Positions 1-13,076 of a stretch of DNA of 64,000 nt are shown here, piece after piece. The stretch lies in assembly GCA_008632985.1 (NCBI GenBank), contig QPGO01000024.1:635848-699847 (forward strand). The letters run 5' to 3'. Origin of the DNA: Psammoneis japonica. Lineage: Eukaryota. Positions within the stretch are counted from its first letter, which is position 1, and each line of letters begins with the position of its first letter. Below the pieces are notes generated by a model. That model was not told where the DNA came from and did not search any database. It saw only the letters and a list, made by a program, of their open reading frames with translations. The position numbers and the translations under genes were made by a program.

Positions 1-947
1 ACCCGGAGTCAGAACGGCTTAATCGTGCAAAACAGATGTTGGCAGGTGTGAATCTACTTGATAGAGTGCAGGTGAAGGAGTTTTGTACCGATGACGAGGA
101 TCGCATCCGTGGTTGCTACACGTCGCACATTTCTGTCCTAAAAGATGCATTGGTCGACACCGATAGAAGAGCAAAAGGAAATCCTTTCAAACAGATGTTC
201 AAAGTGTTCGAAGATCAGGAATCTACTACTAGAAGCGATGACGGCGACGAGGACGCAATTGTGCTTGTGTTGGAGGACAACTTTTCTTTGAGTGGAAGCC
301 TAGACCAATCTCTACTTGCTTCAATTGCTAATTATGCCTCCAGTGGAACCCATTGGGATATGATTCATTTGAGTTACACCCCATACGTTCCTAACCTTGT
401 TGTTACCAGAACCGAAAATAAGAAAGTGGTGAAACTGAGTTGTGGGTTGGGTTCTGCACTAGGAACCTCCGCATACCTTATCAACACGTCTGCAATTAAA
501 GCCTTGCTGGAAGAGGACGCAGAACAGGGATACTACGCAGCAATTCCAGATGTCATGGCAGGCCTGTTCCCGGAGACTAGATACTCTGCATTCCCGACGC
601 CCTTTGTTCGTGCCCATTCAACTAAGAGTTTGGTTAATCCTCAGCTTGACGATATCCGGACGCTTCTGTTCAGGCCAGCCGTGACATCCCAAGTGCAGAA
701 AATTCTTGCGTTCTCTGGAGTAAGCACCAACAAGCTCCTCCCTATCGCTATTCTGCTGCTGTTGGCAGGAACGGTTCTTTCCGTTCAGAGCAGTTTGACA
801 GCACTTTTGAGTCTACTGGCAACTGGATCCTACGATGGACCTCTCATATTTCCGGTGCTGAGCACGTTTTTCACTATGTGCTCGCTAGCAATCATAGCCC
901 AAGGCATTCTTTTGGCACCCAAAGCGCAAGATAACGCTTCTCAATAA
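1..947 (+). CDS. Glycosyltransferase family 25-like membrane protein (5' end probably outside the window)
   Basis: Frame is open from the window start. Motifs GCYTSH, VLVLEDN, WDMIHLSY and GTSAYLIN resemble GT25 (Lic2A/LgtB-type) motifs; two C-terminal hydrophobic helices. Confidence 0.6.
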   Translation, partial: PESERLNRAKQMLAGVNLLDRVQVKEFCTDDEDRIRGCYTSHISVLKDALVDTDRRAKGNPFKQMFKVFEDQESTTRSDDGDEDAIVLVLEDNFSLSGSLDQSLLASIANYASSGTHWDMIHLSYTPYVPNLVVTRTENKKVVKLSCGLGSALGTSAYLINTSAIKALLEEDAEQGYYAAIPDVMAGLFPETRYSAFPTPFVRAHSTKSLVNPQLDDIRTLLFRPAVTSQVQKILAFSGVSTNKLLPIAILLLLAGTVLSVQSSLTALLSLLATGSYDGPLIFPVLSTFFTMCSLAIIAQGILLAPKAQDNASQ

Positions 948-2312
948 ACGAAATGAGTCGTCACCCTTGTATGCCATTGGCTAAGTCTCTCTGGAGAGCC
1001 CAATGTTTAGGTACAAATTTTTCAATCACCTCCACAAAGCATCCAGTCACGACCTCGACGTCCACAGTATTCTTACTGCATTCATGAGTTCTTATTTCTC
1101 CTACCATACACTCACAATAGAGAGAGCTGCCACTACTGCGAGCGGTTGCATGAGCTAATGTAGCAAAAGTCTATTACTCGCAAAATTTTATAGTTTATTT
1201 CAAGGCTACATTATTTGTTTTAAGTATATTTAAAATACACAGCCTGTTCGACCAAAGAGTAAGGCAATTCTAAATTGAGGCTAGTAGACTTGAGAGGAGG
1301 TACTCTCTAGTAGCTAGCGACTACGAGAGAGACACGAGGAGATAGATAGAATAGAACGTGAGTGGATGGGAAGCGAAAATGCCATACCGGTAGGCAATAC
1401 TGACGTGTGCCATTTAACAATCACTTGAATCTTCAAATTGCAGAATTGATGCTTTAGGGTATATAATAATTTATATGGAAATAAGTATATATGACGTAGC
1501 TAAATGGTATTTTCCTTTGTAGTAAGATGTACTCAGTACATACGTGGCCTTCAGTAGTCGTACTACGTACCATAGGCAGTATGGATTTATCGACGCGACG
1601 GTGGGGGCGAGCGGCGGCGAAATCCCATTCACAAAATCGATCGACATCAGCCAAAAACAAACCCATGCCATGAGACCAAATTCATCTGGACGATGAGCAA
1701 AAGCAATGACAAAGGCAACGATAAGATCGTCGGTAGTAATCCACCTCTTCGAATTCACAAAGATGAGGAGTTATTGCCGGATGAACCGCCCATGAGGTAA
1801 GCAAATTGAAGCCAAAACTGTCCCTACCATAAGGAGAAGCAACCTGCTTTCGAGATTATTGAGTTCGTCGCATCACTCGACTATGGCAACGAATGAGTAT
1901 CATTGTAGGGCCTTGATCATGCAATGAAGATGCTGGGGGGGACGCCATTGCTGACGATCGGTCACGGGAAAGCCACCCAATTGCTTCGTCATGGCAAGCC
2001 TTTCGTATCTACGATTATCTGGAGCTTCTTGATTGATCCTACGCGCGTCGCTCGTGTCCATTCTGTATTATTTTTTTCGCTTTGCGTTAAATAGATGGAA
2101 ACAGGGAATTGCTCTTTTGATCATTCGAATTCACAGTGACGTGGCAGCGTTAAGTGTGCTATATTCGGGTTTTTGTCCGACAATGTCACGCAGCTTTCAC
2201 GTTCTCTCGAATTCTCGGCTCGTCGTACTTTGCCCTTCACTCACCTCTCTGCTTTGTCTTTGTCACCACGACTATGTTGTGTGAACTTGGATGACTGGAA
2301 ATACCCAGAGCG

Positions 2313-3554
2313 GTGGCAATGCTAGGGCCACCATCCATTCATGACTCATTCGGCGTGCAGCGACCAAACTTTGGATCCCCGCCTCGTTTGGGAATTACTC
2401 GCCCAACTTCTGGTATTTCTTTGAAAGGGGCTCAGAGATATACGAAGGGAGACGAGAGTGTTCAGACGCGAGGAGTTTCCGGCGGAGCTACCAAGGAGTG
2501 GAGCGGGCAAGTCGCAATTCCTCGTGAATGGAAAGTGGACTGTCTTCAGAAAGTACCGCTTGACTTTGAATTGGAACGCACTTCTAAAGAAATCCACGGC
2601 GCTGATGGTGCAGAAGTTGCGTCCCGCATTTCGACGGCTCTGCAGAAGTTGTCGATTGCGGCTGAGTATTGCGGAGAAAGCGCGAAAGCCAAATGCCGCA
2701 CATCTGATTACGTGAGCTTTCGTATCCGTCTGTTTTCTGGTGGAGACGAGGGTCAACCCGTAGTCGTCGAGATGCAACGTCGCAACGGTTCGTGTTGTAG
2801 TTTCATGAAAAGCTGCCGTGCAATTTTAGCTGCTGCCGATGGTCTTCCTTGCCCAATTGCTTGCGATAAGAAGAATATGCCTACGTTCAAGAAACCAATT
2901 GGGGAAATGGAATGTCTGAAAGGACTGCCGAACGAGACCGCGCAGAAGGACATGAAAGCGGCTGTTAGTTGTGCTGTGACCTTGCTGTCACAGAACAAAC
3001 GCGATTCCACGGTTCTGGCACTGGAGAACCTTTGTGTGCTAACGGACGCACTCAAGACCGTTCCCGAAACAGCGCTGCAGACTTCGAAGATTGTGGTTCT
3101 CGGAGACGAAGCGCTTGCGATCAGAGAAGATGTTGCCGAACTACTCAAAGGCGAAGTGAAAGATCTCGACTTCCAACAGGGTATCGAAGGTCTTTACGAC
3201 CAGGCCCTTATTATTCGCCATCTTGCATTGAGTGTCTTCGCTAACGCTCTCTGTCTCACGGCGAAAGAAGGTATCCTCGAAAAGGCAGTAGAGGACCAGA
3301 ACTGGTTTGTGGATTTCCTCATCCCTACGCTTTTGAAGGAAGTCGAGTTTGCCGAAGAATGCCCCAACATTGCTTGCGCAGCATCACGTTGTGTCAAGAG
3401 TTTAGTTTGCTCGTCATCGGTTGCGCGTGACTGTGTGATGGAACTAGAAGGCGAAGAAGCACTCCGTCGAGCTCAAGCTTTAGGAAAGCGTCAACACGCA
3501 TGTCTCGACCAAGAGGCAAAGCACTGCTTATCCGGTCTGCATAAATCCGTTTAG
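2313..3554 (+). CDS. Hypothetical protein with a KA1-like (kinase-associated 1) segment and a helical C-terminal region
   Basis: 413-aa ORF with normal codon composition. FRIRLF...VVVEMQRRNGSCCSF resembles the KA1 'E.QRR.GD...F' motif. First ATG is at 2319. Confidence 0.55.
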   Translation: MAMLGPPSIHDSFGVQRPNFGSPPRLGITRPTSGISLKGAQRYTKGDESVQTRGVSGGATKEWSGQVAIPREWKVDCLQKVPLDFELERTSKEIHGADGAEVASRISTALQKLSIAAEYCGESAKAKCRTSDYVSFRIRLFSGGDEGQPVVVEMQRRNGSCCSFMKSCRAILAAADGLPCPIACDKKNMPTFKKPIGEMECLKGLPNETAQKDMKAAVSCAVTLLSQNKRDSTVLALENLCVLTDALKTVPETALQTSKIVVLGDEALAIREDVAELLKGEVKDLDFQQGIEGLYDQALIIRHLALSVFANALCLTAKEGILEKAVEDQNWFVDFLIPTLLKEVEFAEECPNIACAASRCVKSLVCSSSVARDCVMELEGEEALRRAQALGKRQHACLDQEAKHCLSGLHKSV

Positions 3555-3834
3555 GAGAGTTGAATGGCCAAATCGATGTCAATGTAGCGGCGATAGCAAG
3601 GAGTAGTTGAAACGTTTCATTAGATTTGATTAGATGCTTAGTCTAACGTTTTTCTTCTACACAGCAAATATCGTTGGACGCATGTGTCGAGACGCAGTGA
3701 TTCCTTTTCCATGGAAAGAATCTAGACACTGGCACTGGTGTCGCTCGCGAAAGAACGGAAATGTTTATGTGTGATGACGTGAGCGCAGTGTCGGCGATGT
3801 CACCGAAGGAGACGCCTGAACCGAAAATGCCCAC

Positions 3835-5209
3835 TCAACTAGAGTGTAGCAGGGCCCTCTCTAGCAGCAACACATGCAGAGTTTTGCGCAAGCAATAATT
3901 GCAAATACTAGCACGACCATAAAGTGGTAAAACGCCCCGCTTATCCGATACCGAGCAATCTGACAAGAACAGAAAATGAAATATGTGTAAGGACCACGCC
4001 ATCAAGAACGCAACACTCAAAACAAGCAAGTGAAGAATTACATCAAGATCAAAGCCGATTCTGTCCGCGCGTCCTTGTTCTTCAAAGTGCCGTTTGATCG
4101 TTCTGTAGACTGATTGTGATAGCGGCGGTTCAATGGCAGTCTTCCAAGCTAAAATCTGAGAGTTGTGGAACTCGTCCAGAAACAAATCAAAGGGCAAAAA
4201 GTTCTTCGCAAGCAGCCTGGCGTTTATGGCTAGGACAACACCTGTTCGTTGGTATCAGCAGAAGGATAATGCAGATAAAACTCAAATGAGAAAATGTGAA
4301 ATTCGTGATTACATGTATGGTCGAGTCTCGGAGAGAAAATACATACCGGCTGACTTCTGCGTAACATTGAAGTCTCGAATGAGCTTCGAAATTTTGGCCA
4401 GGTCGACTTCGTGAAACCCTTGCATCATGCGATCCGTGCTTTTGTATCCAAGAGAAAATGCAAACTCGAGTTTCTCGTCAACATCCTGTACAAAGAAGAG
4501 AGGACAAGACTGTATTGAAAAGAATGCTCCAGAGGCAGTGTCGACGTTGATTCGAGACGGGACGTACTTTGGCGTGTTGGTTAAACTTGTCAAGGAAACG
4601 AATACTAGTTGGCAGGAAAGCATTGGCTTCGATTCGCGCATCCCCAACAGGAAGTATATCGGCATTCAGGAATATAACTTTTCCGTTCGGATCTACATCT
4701 TGAAGCGTGAGTAGCAGGTTGAATACGGGGTCCAGTACTTCCACCTTTTTGAGGTCTAGCTTGATATGTTTGAGAAGCACAGGCCTTTTCTTCTGGCTGT
4801 CCGTAGCTATGACCGTGTCCATGAAAGTTTGGAAGGACAAATCGCCTGATCTATGAGGAAAGTGCCCCATTATTATTTCTTGTTTTTCTCTGTGGCCGCT
4901 CTTGGTAGTGTCTCGCCCAATGATAACGTCAGCTTCGATAGCCGTAATGCGAGTATCCTGGAGCGCCCTGTGTAACTCTCGTCTGGAGTTGGTGGCATGT
5001 GACCAGACTTGAGAAGAGGACGGAAGCCTCGATTTTGTGGAGTTGCTTGTACCATAATTGCAGTCCTGACAGCGCAGGGTATAACCAGCTCGAGAAGACT
5101 TGTAACCCACTTGAGATAACCAATGCATCGATCGATCATTCAAATTGCAGTAGCAAAATAACACAAACAACGAAATGGCTGCCAACGCAAATCTTCCTCG
5201 GCCGCGCAT
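3835..5209 (-). CDS. Menorin/FAM151 (DUF2181)-like protein, paralog A, multi-exon
   Basis: WSHATNS, AIEADV, IMGHFP, KHIKLDLK and FLNADILP motifs in ORF 4478-5209; continued by exon pieces FAFSLGY (in ORF 4309-4665) and LAINARLL...QILAW...IGFD (~4030-4240). N-terminal hydrophobic anchor. 3' end approximate. Confidence 0.7.
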
Positions 5210-7255
5210 GAAACAAAGCGGCTGAGCGGAAATGATATCATTGTGTCGAGGTTGGCCATGGGGGAAATGTGTCCACCCGTCCCCGTTTCTACCTGCAATG
5301 AATCATCATCATCACAACCACCTTCAATCTCCAGAGGTAGGGCTACTTTCATTGCGTGTCGAAACTTATTCTCTAGTAAGAAGCTGGCTCTCATGTCGAG
5401 GATATGATAGAAATATCAATAACATTGAATATAGGTCTTCGTCATGATGGACTATGGACCGCAATAAGAGATTAGAAGCATTTCAGAAGTCAGAAGAGAG
5501 AAGGGAGCGGTTAAATCACAACAGATCACAGTGGGCGGGGTCGGTACCGCCATGGCTCAGCACGCTGATATTCACAGATCAGAGCGCGCGCAGATCGCAC
5601 TCGATCCGTCCGTCGTCGATCCGATTTTTTTCGAGCCAAAAATTGGACGCTTCGCTGAACGGCTGTCTCATTGTCTTCATGAACATGCATTTTTTAAGAT
5701 AAAACAGTTGATGCCACCGATCCAAAAGAGCACCCATCATCACATCAGCTGTTTGTCTGTTTGTCCACAAAGGCTTTGAACAATGACTGGCATCAAGAAT
5801 GACTGAACTGTTTCATCAAACGCAGAGAGAAAGAATCAGTGTGGGGCGAGATTCTGTCATGCTTTTGAACGATTCAAGAGTTGACAGCAGATGATGTGAA
5901 GGAAATCAATGAGCACATGGTTGAGTCTGGGCCTGGTGACACTGGAAAGTGACATCCCAAGCAATGTAACCTGTGCTGTTGCCACCGCCAATCTGGGCAG
6001 GAACGTGTCGATGACACATTTTCAAGAAGGCACACCACAGAAGGAACACACCACTCAAAATCTCTTGCAAAGCCACCTCCTCCAACCCCCACAGCCACCC
6101 ATTGGTCTTGGCCTTGTTGCCCTGCTCTGAGCAAGAAACCTCAAATGGAAAAAAGCAAAACACAACAGGTGCAGGCATGTGGATTTTCAAGATTAGATGT
6201 CCAGCGACACATTTTGTTTGCAGCCTGCCCAGATGCTCACACCAAGCAAGCTGGGGATGAATCAACAGGCATGTTCAATGTGGACCCACTTCTCAAAAGC
6301 TTTCCCATGGTTGTCACCCTCTCCAACAATGAGCCTCAATGAGAGCGTGGAGATGAGAGAGGCCAGCAACACTGCTGGCTTTCTAAGAGATCAGAGCTGT
6401 CAGAAGATGTTTTTTAGATGATTCAGAGTTGACAAGGTCAGGGTTGATGGTCGCTGGGTGAGGTCAGCCTGTGTTTCACAAGCTGAGTCCATTGTCTTGA
6501 GGCATGTCATCACAAGGAGAAAAGGCTTGTTTCACATTCAGTCATGCATTTTCAACTTTCCTGTTGCTGTGATGGGTTTCATTCAAAAGAGAATTCCGAG
6601 AATCAGCCAGAGGATGCAGATGACTCCATTCCCAGTTTTGTGCAACAACACAATGACTGTGCACCACAAGCTCCAGGCAGGGGGAGGGGAGACAACGCGA
6701 GCCTGGTTTTCTCAACAACTGTGAGACCAGAGTGACAACAAGAAAGGGACTTTGTGTTGGGAAGAAGCTTGAAGGCAGGAAAATGAAGGGCAGGTCATTG
6801 GCGCTGAGTGGGTTCCTTGGTCACTTCAGGAGCACACACAACAAGAAAAGAGAGGGGTCCAAGAAGGCTCTCAGGGCTGCTGTGAGTGACTGTGCAATGC
6901 ATTGCAGCAAAGATTGCAGTCATCAGACAATTTTTTTTGACAAGATGGCAACAATCTAGCTGGGCTTGCGTCATGCAATTGTCCTTGTCAGGTGCAGAAA
7001 CAAGAGGGTTGAATTGTTTGCACACGATCCCCGGTTTGAAAGTGAGCGTGCACGCAAAAAGCACAAAATCCAAATGACATGCATCATCTCAACAGAAAAA
7101 CAAACCATTGTGTCACACACAAAAAGTTCAATGAATGAGAGACAAAAGCAACTGGCATTCAAACATTTGCCATGACAAATGACCTCAAAATAGAGAAATG
7201 ACAACCAATCAATTGGCCAGGAGTCAATGGCATCCCAACCGGAAAATGACCAAGG

Positions 7256-8576
7256 CACATTCCCACTCTGATGATTTGGCCGCAAAACAAATGCAATTTG
7301 GCCAAATTTGTGTAAATTACAGGCGTCAGGCTGGGAATGAATTCAAACAGGGAAAAAGATCAAAATCTCACGTCGAGCTTGGTGAGGACTGAGGACGCTG
7401 CTGCAGAGCTAGAGAGGTGCCATGCTGGATGACATGACATCATGCAGCAAGATCACGAACCTTGTCAGTGACAATCGTTGTCCATTTTGCGATGGCTCTG
7501 CACTCGAGACTCATGACAAAACCAGTGAAGGTCAGAAGAAAAGCATCCAATCTGCTGGCAAAAGGTGCAGAGAGAGCAGAAAGATTGACGATCGCATGCA
7601 GCATGACTGCAGCATGCATAAAGCATCAATGCCAAATGAAATTTCCACAGCATGCAAGGTTCTAAAAAGTGCTGGACTTGACTCTTGCCTGCTCAGCAAT
7701 GGCCCAAATCCATTTCACAGAGCAAAGAAACACAGAGCAAGTCACAGAGAAGGGCTGCAGACTGCAGACAATGGAGCACAGAGCAAGGCACTGCATGAAT
7801 GAGGCACATTGCCAACGCTGTTGTGCAAACCATTGACCCCCACCAGCATCATTTTCCGACCGCACGACAAGAGTCATGAAACAAGTGCAAACAGCCTTGT
7901 TCATCATCATGTTCCATCACAACAGAGCACAAGCCTTGTTGTCATTGTCGATGACCACAATTCTTGTGTTCTTGACTGTCAATCAAATGACAACCTGGAG
8001 TGTGCACCAAAGAAACACCCCAATGATTCGTCAGAGCACACACTTCCATGTTGATTCAGCATCAAGTTGGCAGACGTGTGGTTTGTGAAGAGTCCCACAT
8101 GAAATCTGAACAAGAGAAACAAAGACAGCAAAAATGCCATTAGTCGACATGGTTGTCACAAGCCACAACAACAATGAAAAATCAAAATTCTGACAACTTG
8201 ATCGCACCAAGCGCAGCCTCATTGATCTGTCTCCACATTCTCACCTTCATAGACAGGATGGTCGTTTGTGCATGAATGGGTCCATTCATGGCAGCAGCCA
8301 TCATGGTTGTTTGCAGATGTTGGAGAAAGAAAAATGGGGCTTGTGACGTGGCACGTTCGAGCTCCCAAAACGCCGAATTTGCCATGAAAATTGTGTTTGC
8401 GGGAGAGAATTTACAACGACCAACACCTGTCACTGTAATTTGCCAACAATTTCAGCTGTAAATTGGCGGATGGAAAACAGATGTGCGATTTTTCTTGTGC
8501 GAGAGTTTCCACAGTGATTTTGTGCAGAACGAAATTACGTTCATTTTGCAGCCAAAATCATTGGGGTGGGAACATG
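7256..8576. mobile_element. Non-autonomous DNA transposon with ~45-bp imperfect TIRs and a probable 7-bp TSD
   Basis: 7256-7299 cacattcccactctgatgatttggccgcaaaacaaatgcaattt versus the reverse complement of 8532-8576 catgttcccaccccaatgattttggctgcaaaatgaacgtaattt. Flanks accaagg (7249-7255) and tccaagg (8577-8583). CA...TG termini. Confidence 0.7.
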
Positions 8577-8760
8577 TCCAAGGCAATGTAAAATTCAGAA
8601 TGTTTCACATGTGTTGACAAAGTGACTTTTGTGATGTTCTGAAGTGTGCAAAAGTCATTGGATTCCATTTTGTGTGCAAAGACCCCTTGCAAATTTGGTC
8701 ATTTTGAAAGTGGTCAGCCCCAGATCCTGACTTTGTCTCACCCATCTGTCTCTGGTCCAT

Positions 8761-9032
8761 TTGTCCCAAGGTGCTGATTGCCATCCCAAGTGCCAGCCAT
8801 TTCTCCAAAACTTGAAGATGATTGGATCTTCAGCAAGAGGAAGGATGAGCACAGTGTCCTCCAGAAAAAGTGGCAGCCCTTTTGCAAAAGCCCAAATGAG
8901 TGGCACAGAGACCGCACCTCTCTTTTGAATGTGTTCTTGAGCTTGCCATTTGTCCTGAGTGGAGCAGCAAGAATGAGTGTAAAATCATGGGCCTCTTGCT
9001 CAATGCAGGAAGCAAATTCAAAAAATTGTGGA
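8761..9032 (+). pseudogene. Hypermutated fragment homologous to 13609-13868 (part of ORF 13328-14242)
   Basis: Direct alignment: KLEDDWI...LQKKWQ...KSPNEW...DRTSL...CEIM/CKIM.LLLNAGSKFKK shared; small indels present. Confidence 0.9.
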
Positions 9033-12000
9033 TGTCCACATGCCACAATCTCAGCAGCAGCCCTTCAGAAACAGCTCCAGCATCTTGCTGTTGTTTGCTT
9101 GTCCCAGAGTGCACCCTTTCTGGATGGCACCTCAACAACACTCAGCTCTGGCAGCTGGCCAAAGTCTCCTTCAAAGAGCTTGGCAGTGGAGGGCTGTTTC
9201 TGACCTGCCAGAGGTGCTGTCCCACACACATGCTTGAAGGTTGTCTCTGGCGTGGAGGGAGCCTGTTGTGCAACTCCCAGAACACATGCACCCTTTCTGG
9301 TCTGTGCCTCCAGAATGTTCAACTCTGGCAGTCAGCACAGGCAATCTTCCTTGAGAGTTCTCCATCAACAAGCTTGTTGGGGGCTGTTCCTGACTTTTGC
9401 ATGTGTTGAGTGACTGATGTCAGAGGTGCCCTTCTGTGAATGTGCTTGAAGGTTGTCATCTCCAGAGGAAACCCATCACACAACTCACTCTTTTGGATGG
9501 AGCTGGGCTCTGCTGCACAGTGGCAAATGTGCAAGAAGCAAAAATTGCTTGCATCAAAAAATGACACACCCAGGCACCCAGGCATTTGGGTTGGTGGCAA
9601 ATGATGAAAATGCAGTTGTCAGGCCAGAGTTTGTTTGGCATCGTCAGCATTTGACAGCATGCTGTGTGTTTTCATGATGCACATTTTCTGCACTTCCACA
9701 GTTTTGGCACATGTCCAATGCCATTTTCCACTTCAATGCAAGCAGTGCTCCACATTTGCTCTCAAACCAATTTCTTCACCACTCCCCCCACCCCACCCCT
9801 GCAAAAGCAGTGCCAGTTTGGGTTGCCCAGGGCCCAAGCCCACCTTGGTGCACTTTTCCAGTGCTCTTGGCCTTGCTGGCACATCATCTCTGGCAAAGCA
9901 AAACAAACTGCAGTGTCAAATGCCAGAAAGTGAGTCCAAGTCCAAGTGGGCTCACATTGGGCAAGACAAGCTGACAGCAGCAGGGGTGAGAATGAGAAAT
10001 GAAAAGCTCTGCTTCCTCTTGGGGAAGTTCTGCCAGGGTGACACATTTGTGTGACCTCTGGAAGAGAGAAGAACAAAAGCAGCATCATCAACCACCAGCC
10101 ACAAATGCCAGTGCAATGTTGGGTGTTGGTGGTTTGGTGTTTTTTCCTCACAATCAGAAGAAAGGGTGGGATGTGGCACCAATCCTCCCTTGGCTCACTC
10201 TGACTCCACATGAACTGGAGACCAAAATTGCCAAGCCAGCACCTTGCAAAGAAAGATGAGGGTTGCTGTTGACTCAAGTCTCAAGTGCTTGGTGGTGTGT
10301 GGTGCATCGTCACTGCTGGGGTGCCTCCAGCACTTTGCAGCAAACTCACTCCCTTGCTGCTCTTTTGCTTGTTTTGTGCCATCAACTTTGAAGCCCCAAA
10401 CACAGCACCTTAAAAATGCCACCTTCACCCAAAGAAATTCCCTTTGGCCAACACTTTTCTGGCAAACCTCAGCAGTTTTTTTTTTGTTTTCATGGCCAAC
10501 AAGTCAATCTTGGGTCAATCAGCTGAGCCATCAATGATGTCCCCACTGCATCTTGAAATCCTCAATGGCAGAGCATTGTTGTCTTCCTCAATGGACAGTG
10601 ATGAAATTGAGCCATTGTTTGTGGTGGAGATGTTGGAATGTGCCAATTCCAAATCTTGCTTTGACTGTGTCTGCAAAGAATGTGATGGTGATGGCAAAGG
10701 TGATTGGTTCAGCAATGCTGTCTGCCTGCCAGAATGATTGCTGGTGTTGACTGAGACCATGTTGCTGGAGAATTCTGGCAACAAGTGCATGTGCTGTTGA
10801 CCTTGGAATTTGGTTTGTGCCAATGCAGTCAAGGTTCAGACTGCACTGGAGGATGAAGTCTGCCATTTGGAAGAAGAAGAAGAAGAAGGCGCCATTGTTG
10901 GTTGTGACTGCCATGTTGCAGGTTGTTGGAAGCTGTCAGTTGTGGGGACGCTCGTGATTTTTGTGCAAGCGTGCACACAGAAGAAGCGGCGTGCAGCACA
11001 TGTGCCTTGTTCATGCTGGTGGGAACATTTGGTTTTTTACACCATGCGATGGTTGCTCCCTCTGCACTCTTGGGTCTTCTGGGTTGAAGTTGGGAATCAT
11101 GAAAAAGTGCTGGTGCTTGATCACATGATCTGAAATGTTCTGACTGAATTGTTGAAGTTGTTTGCAGAACTGCCAAAGAAAAGCATCAAGGACCATCATC
11201 TGATGAGCATGATCAAATGAACAGGCACATTGTCCACATCACACACAAATGCGCTGGTGCATGAACAATGCAATGCTGGATGGCACAGGTGAGCTCAAAT
11301 GCGTTTGTGCATTTGCATGACACACCACATTGTGTCAATTGTGGCATTGCGGTTGTGTCAACAAGACAAGCCAATGACAACCCATTTGTCTCATTGGCTG
11401 CTCCAATCAACAAGGAGAGGAGGTCTGGACCATGGTGCCATGTCCAAATTTCAATGGAGGAATGAGGTGTGCCTCCAATCTGTGGCACATGTGTTTCTGT
11501 GTGGGGCACTGCATGGTTCTGATCAGATCAAGCAGCTCAAGGTCAGATTTAAAAGGTGATTTCTCAAAACTGTGGTTGCAAATGCAAGCAAATGAGGTTC
11601 TTTGGCTGAAGCCAACTCCATTGCCATGGAAGCAAGATTGGGGTTTGTGCCGCAGTGGATGGCAAATCATGCTGCCACAGTCAAGACAAGCACACACGCA
11701 ATTGATGCCAACAGCAAATGCCTTGGTGCAAATGACTGTCTCTGTCATTTCCCACAAAACACTGCAAAGTTCACATCCACTCTGCTGCTTAAAGCAGAGA
11801 AAGGGGAAGCTGCATTCAGGAAAAGACAGTGGCATGAGTCTTTCTTCTGTGTGAGCAAAACAAGCACCAAAGGGAGCAACAGCAATCAAGAGGAGCATTT
11901 TTCTTGGGACAATGCTTTGTGTCTTCTTTTGCTTGAGGCCGAGCATGAGAATTGGACTTTGCTCTGCCTTCTTCCTGGGTGCAACAATGCCAGTGCTTTC

Positions 12001-12635
12001 AACTGAGTGTTTGATTCATTCTTGTCTTGCAGCTCCTTCCACCCAACCGCTGCCACACACATCATGAATGATGCTTGGGCTCCTTCAACAAGTCATTTTG
12101 TCACAATCTGTGATGGACACAATGGGAACAACGAGAATCACTGTCAGCTGCAAAGCATGCAATCAACTGTGGACATTCAGCATCACAAGTCCAAGCCAGA
12201 GCTCCGTCGCCAACCACAACTTTGACCCAAACAGCGCCCAATTTGAAGAAGATGATGGCAACATGAGTCACCACAATGATGCTCAAAGCATGGCTCCCTG
12301 GCAAGGGAATTGCAACACAACCTTTGCCAATTGCAGTGCTGTGCATGTGTGGTGCCAGCTGTCCTTCAGATGCACACATTGCCAACAAGAGAAGTGCACA
12401 CACCCTCAGAGAACGTCTTCTTCTCACAAAAATCTTCTGAAGGGTGGCTGCTGATTTGGATGGATCCACACTGATGTCTTCAGGTCAACAACAGTTGTTT
12501 TAACAGTTGACGCCTGGACAGCAGCATGGTTTGGCAGTTCACACCATGTGCGGCTGCTGGCACACCCCAAAGAGCCCAATTTTTCAGAAGTTTGGCAGCA
12601 ACAACTCACAGAGAGGCAGAGGGGGAACAGACAGA

Positions 12636-12731
12636 TGGGGTGCAGATTCAGATTTCCATCCAAAATAGGTGCAGATCTTATGCAACCCCCTAAACACAGG
12701 TACAGATCCTTGCTGTAAATGGGTGCAGATG
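12636..12731 (+). repeat. Four short GGT(G/A)CAGAT repeats spaced ~22-31 bp at the right edge of island 1 (possible subterminal repeats)
   Basis: ggtgcagat three times and ggtacagat once within ~100 bp. Confidence 0.5.
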
Positions 12732-13076
12732 TTCTATGATGCTCAGGAAAGCTCAGGTTACCAGCAGCAGTTCTCATGCTCGCTCGCGATCGCGCTCATC
12801 AAGCAATCAGTCCGTCTGTCAGTCATTTTCTCTAACGTCGCGAGCGGGCGCAATCGTTTTGTCGCGCCAAAAAAATGAGCAAACTTTTTTCGCGTCTTGT
12901 GCGTGTGCGTGTGCTGGCATGTGGCATGGCATGTGCTAACCTTACACAAACACACAACGAACGCACGCGACGACAGGTGCTTACGATCGTTTCTGGAGTC
13001 CATCGCCTTGTCGCTCATCAGCACAGTCAGATCGCAGGAAATCAGTATTGCATATTGGTAAAGCGTCGAAAGAACC

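Larger units (their letters stand above)
5690..12760. mobile_element. Island 1: nested, decayed repeats/transposon remnants depleted of TpA and CpG
   Basis: For example, 9661-9960 contains no TA and no CG (counted by eye). Short Cys/His/Gln-rich, Tyr-poor ORFs in all six frames. Contains a TIR element and a mutated gene fragment. Boundaries approximate. Confidence 0.8.

Noticed and set aside
5527..5545. CACAGTG heptamer at the left edge of island 1 as a Transib/RAG-like terminus
   Set aside because: I could not find a matching inverted terminus or TSD; a 7-mer alone is not significant.
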